Source of the DNA: Camelus dromedarius
Taxonomy: Eukaryota
DNA: 64,000 nt
Reading direction: 5' to 3'
Assembly (NCBI RefSeq): GCF_036321535.1
Contig: NC_087437.1
Coordinates: 102,550,001-102,614,000 of the forward strand
Made by a program: the position numbers and the translations under genes. The notes below the pieces were generated by a model. The model had not been told where the DNA came from and searched no databases. It worked only from the letters and a program-made list of their open reading frames with translations. Positions 61,296-64,000 of this stretch are shown here, in pieces. Position 1 is the stretch's first letter, and every line of letters starts with the position of its first letter.

Positions 61296-64000
61296 TAACA
61301 AGTGAAATGTCTTCACCACGAGAAGAATTTTTATTATCATTGTACTTCTAAAAAGAATATTAAGAATCTAAGATTTCTTAAACTTCTAAAGTTTTGCACT
61401 GGGTGTTTACATTTATTTATTTATTTATTCATTCATTCATTCATTCATTCATTTACTTATTTAAGGATTCCTTTGGCATTTGTATGACATCTTTGGTTTC
61501 TTCTCAGGAATTTTAAAATCCTTAAAGTAAAATATTAAGAGTAAAAAGAAATATAAATGTTAAAATAAAGTTATGAAATAATTTAAAAAAGGTATGGTAT
61601 ACTAATATGAGTCCCTTATAATTAAATACATTAATATGTTTTAGCAGGAAGGGATCTAATAATACAAAGTAGCAATGAATATGAAGTTAAACACATACAC
61701 ATTATCTCTAATAGGCTAAGAAAAGAAAAACATGTATGATTTCTATGGGTAACAAAATACTGCAAATGCTGCTGATTTATTATCCACACTTCTAATTGAA
61801 AGAAAAAAACAGGCTAAATTTTAGTAGGGGACTGATGAAAACAAGTATGTGATTTTTTTTCTATCTGAGTTCACAGATTTTTAAAATATTCTATCCATGA
61901 AGTTCTTGAACCACTGAAGACACCAATTTGAGAAACTCTGCTTGTTCAAATGCTACTCATATTTAATGGTAGAGAATATTATATTTAAAAATTTTGTCAT
62001 CAGCAATGAATAGATAATCTGACTCTCTCTCTCTCTTTTTCTCTACGTTTAGCTATCTGTATCTATATATTACCATATAGGAATTTTGCAAAAGAATACA
62101 AATTAATAAAAATAAAATTGATAGAAAAATTTCCTATCATGAGTGAATCAAAGACAGCTTTCCACCTTTACAAAATAGTGCTTGCTTTTCAAATAGGTGT
62201 CTTGGGATCCTTAGCTATTTCACAGAAAAGAGATCTGAAACAGTCTAGTGCTCAGGTTCTGAGAGCTGGCTGCAGAATAGTTCTCTTGAAAGCACCTGAT
62301 AGAACCGAGAGATAAAGAGCCAAAGGTAAAAGGGAGGTCTGCTAGAAGAGTCTGTAGAATTGAAAGTATTTGCAGAGAAGTGCCCCTCAGGTAATTGATA
62401 AAAACTAGAGGTATAGTCCACTGAGATAAGAAACTACCAAACGTAAGAGAATAAAAAAAAATATGCTGGGAAATACTGAGCTAATCCATCAACTTTATTT
62501 TTTTCAGTCCTTTTCTATTTCACTTTCCCTCAATAAAGACTTTATTCTGACAATGTAGAAGGGTTTACACAAACAGCTTGTGATGGAAAAAGTATAATAA
62601 TCCCTAAATTCACTTTCTAGGACAAGTTTACTTGCAACAAAAGAAGGTAGAAAGTTGGCAATTTTAGCACATTTGGACTAACTGTAAGCAAACAGAGCTT
62701 TACAAAAATATCCTGGAAATTTAATTAGTTTGGTTAGTTGAACAGAACTCTGGCTTTAAGTGGGGAAAAACAGTAGAGGTTATATTAAATAGCCAAAATT
62801 CATTTCTGCCTCTCACCTAAAAACATGACTCTATACCAAATAAAAACTCCTGTCTTCATAAAAATTGGTACACTCAAGTCATTTTCCCACTTTTACAGAA
62901 TGAGTTATAGAACTGTCAGGGGAGAAACCCAATATTTGATGATAACAATATTTACCAGATATTTCACTTGGTAAAAGCAAATGTGTCCCTGCATCTATTA
63001 GCTTAAGAAACATAGAAAAGGCATTTTAGCAGTTTGTCCTCAGTTTCCTGGATCACAAGACATCACTCATCAAAAATAAAAGCCTTAGGGCATTATTCTG
63101 CTTGTGACTCTAGGAATCCCCAAAGTAGAAGTGTCTCACAAAGATCTAAATCACTGCCTGTTGGCATGTAGGTCTCTGACCTAGCCTTCCCTGAACATGC
63201 CATCGCCTTTTGGTCTGCATCACTGTATTCCACCTCAATCCATCTGCAGCGAGCGGTGTGCCGTGTGAACAGTGCTTTCCTTGAGCAGTGTCACTTGACC
63301 TCTGACAACCTTGGGGAAGCTATTTCCTCTGCAGTCACCATTCTGACTTCATCGCCATCTCTGCCTGCTTCTCTAGTTTTACCTCTATCTTAAGAAAATA
63401 GGAGCATAGATTCCTTTTGTATGCCTGACTCATGTAAGAAGAGATTACAAGGCAGAATTGTTTGCCTCCCCCTTCCACCACCCCACAATGATTCAGTCTT
63501 CTTTCTATATCGACGTCTCCTTTCCAAGGCCTGAGATGAGAATGTTGACAAGTTTATGGAAAGCCTTACATGCAGACCCCAAGTGGCTGCTCTACTCTAC
63601 ATGTAGGTCCTCTTCTAGTCTGAGCCCCATTCTGGGGTCTTTTCTCATTAATAGGCATATTTTTTCTTTAAGGTATCTCATTATCTTTTTCTGTAACCTG
63701 TGTATTTTGACATTCTGTTCCCTCCACCATTCTGTCAGGTGGGTTTGAATCTCTCTCTTCTATATTTCATGGGAATGTGTGACTGTAAACCTGGGGAAGT
63801 AGTCAGATACAAGCTCAGAAAAATATTAAGCATTTGATAATTTGCCCAGAAATTCATTTGGTCGTTCTTAGGAGGCAGTCTAATCACATTGGCCAGCCTA
63901 ACCAGCACGTCCCAAGTTCAAATAAGGTTTAGAAAGGGCAGCATATTATGTAGCTCTTCACATGTGTGTCATCTCCCTAATTCTTACTGTAACTCAGTGA

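Noticed and set aside
61530..62750. Possible Charlie-type and L1ME 5' remnants
   Set aside because: Too degraded to assign boundaries or family by eye.
1..64000. About a dozen TGA(C/G)TCA AP-1 heptamers across the window
   Set aside because: The count is close to chance expectation for a 7-mer in 64 kb; only clustered cases were noted, at low interest.

Overview
AT-rich, CpG-depleted mammalian non-coding DNA (intron or intergenic). It is most likely camelid, because it holds two copies of a tRNA-Ala-derived Vic-1-type SINE together with artiodactyl-type L1 3' ends. I cannot support any protein-coding exon, functional RNA gene or CRISPR array; the ORF track is explained by chance, simple repeats and L1 remnants. 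Roughly half the window is transposon-derived: ancient L2, MIR and hAT/Tigger elements, old L1M pieces, MaLR/ERVL LTRs, a gag-deleted ERVL provirus, and younger solo LTRs, L1s and SINEs. The most unusual structure is at 1-3583, where five solo LTRs lie in 3.6 kb. Two pairs of unrelated LTRs there are stacked end to end and share one triplicated 4-bp target site (AAAG-LTR-AAAG-LTR-AAAG and CTAC-LTR-CCAC-LTR-CTAC), and the whole cluster is bracketed by an inverted pair of same-family LTRs. Other notable items are an L1 with a twin-priming inversion plus a short 3' transduction, a solo LTR carrying a phased CCAAT array with octamer and TATA box, and two perfect hairpins. Repeat family names come from recalled consensus similarity, not from database searches.
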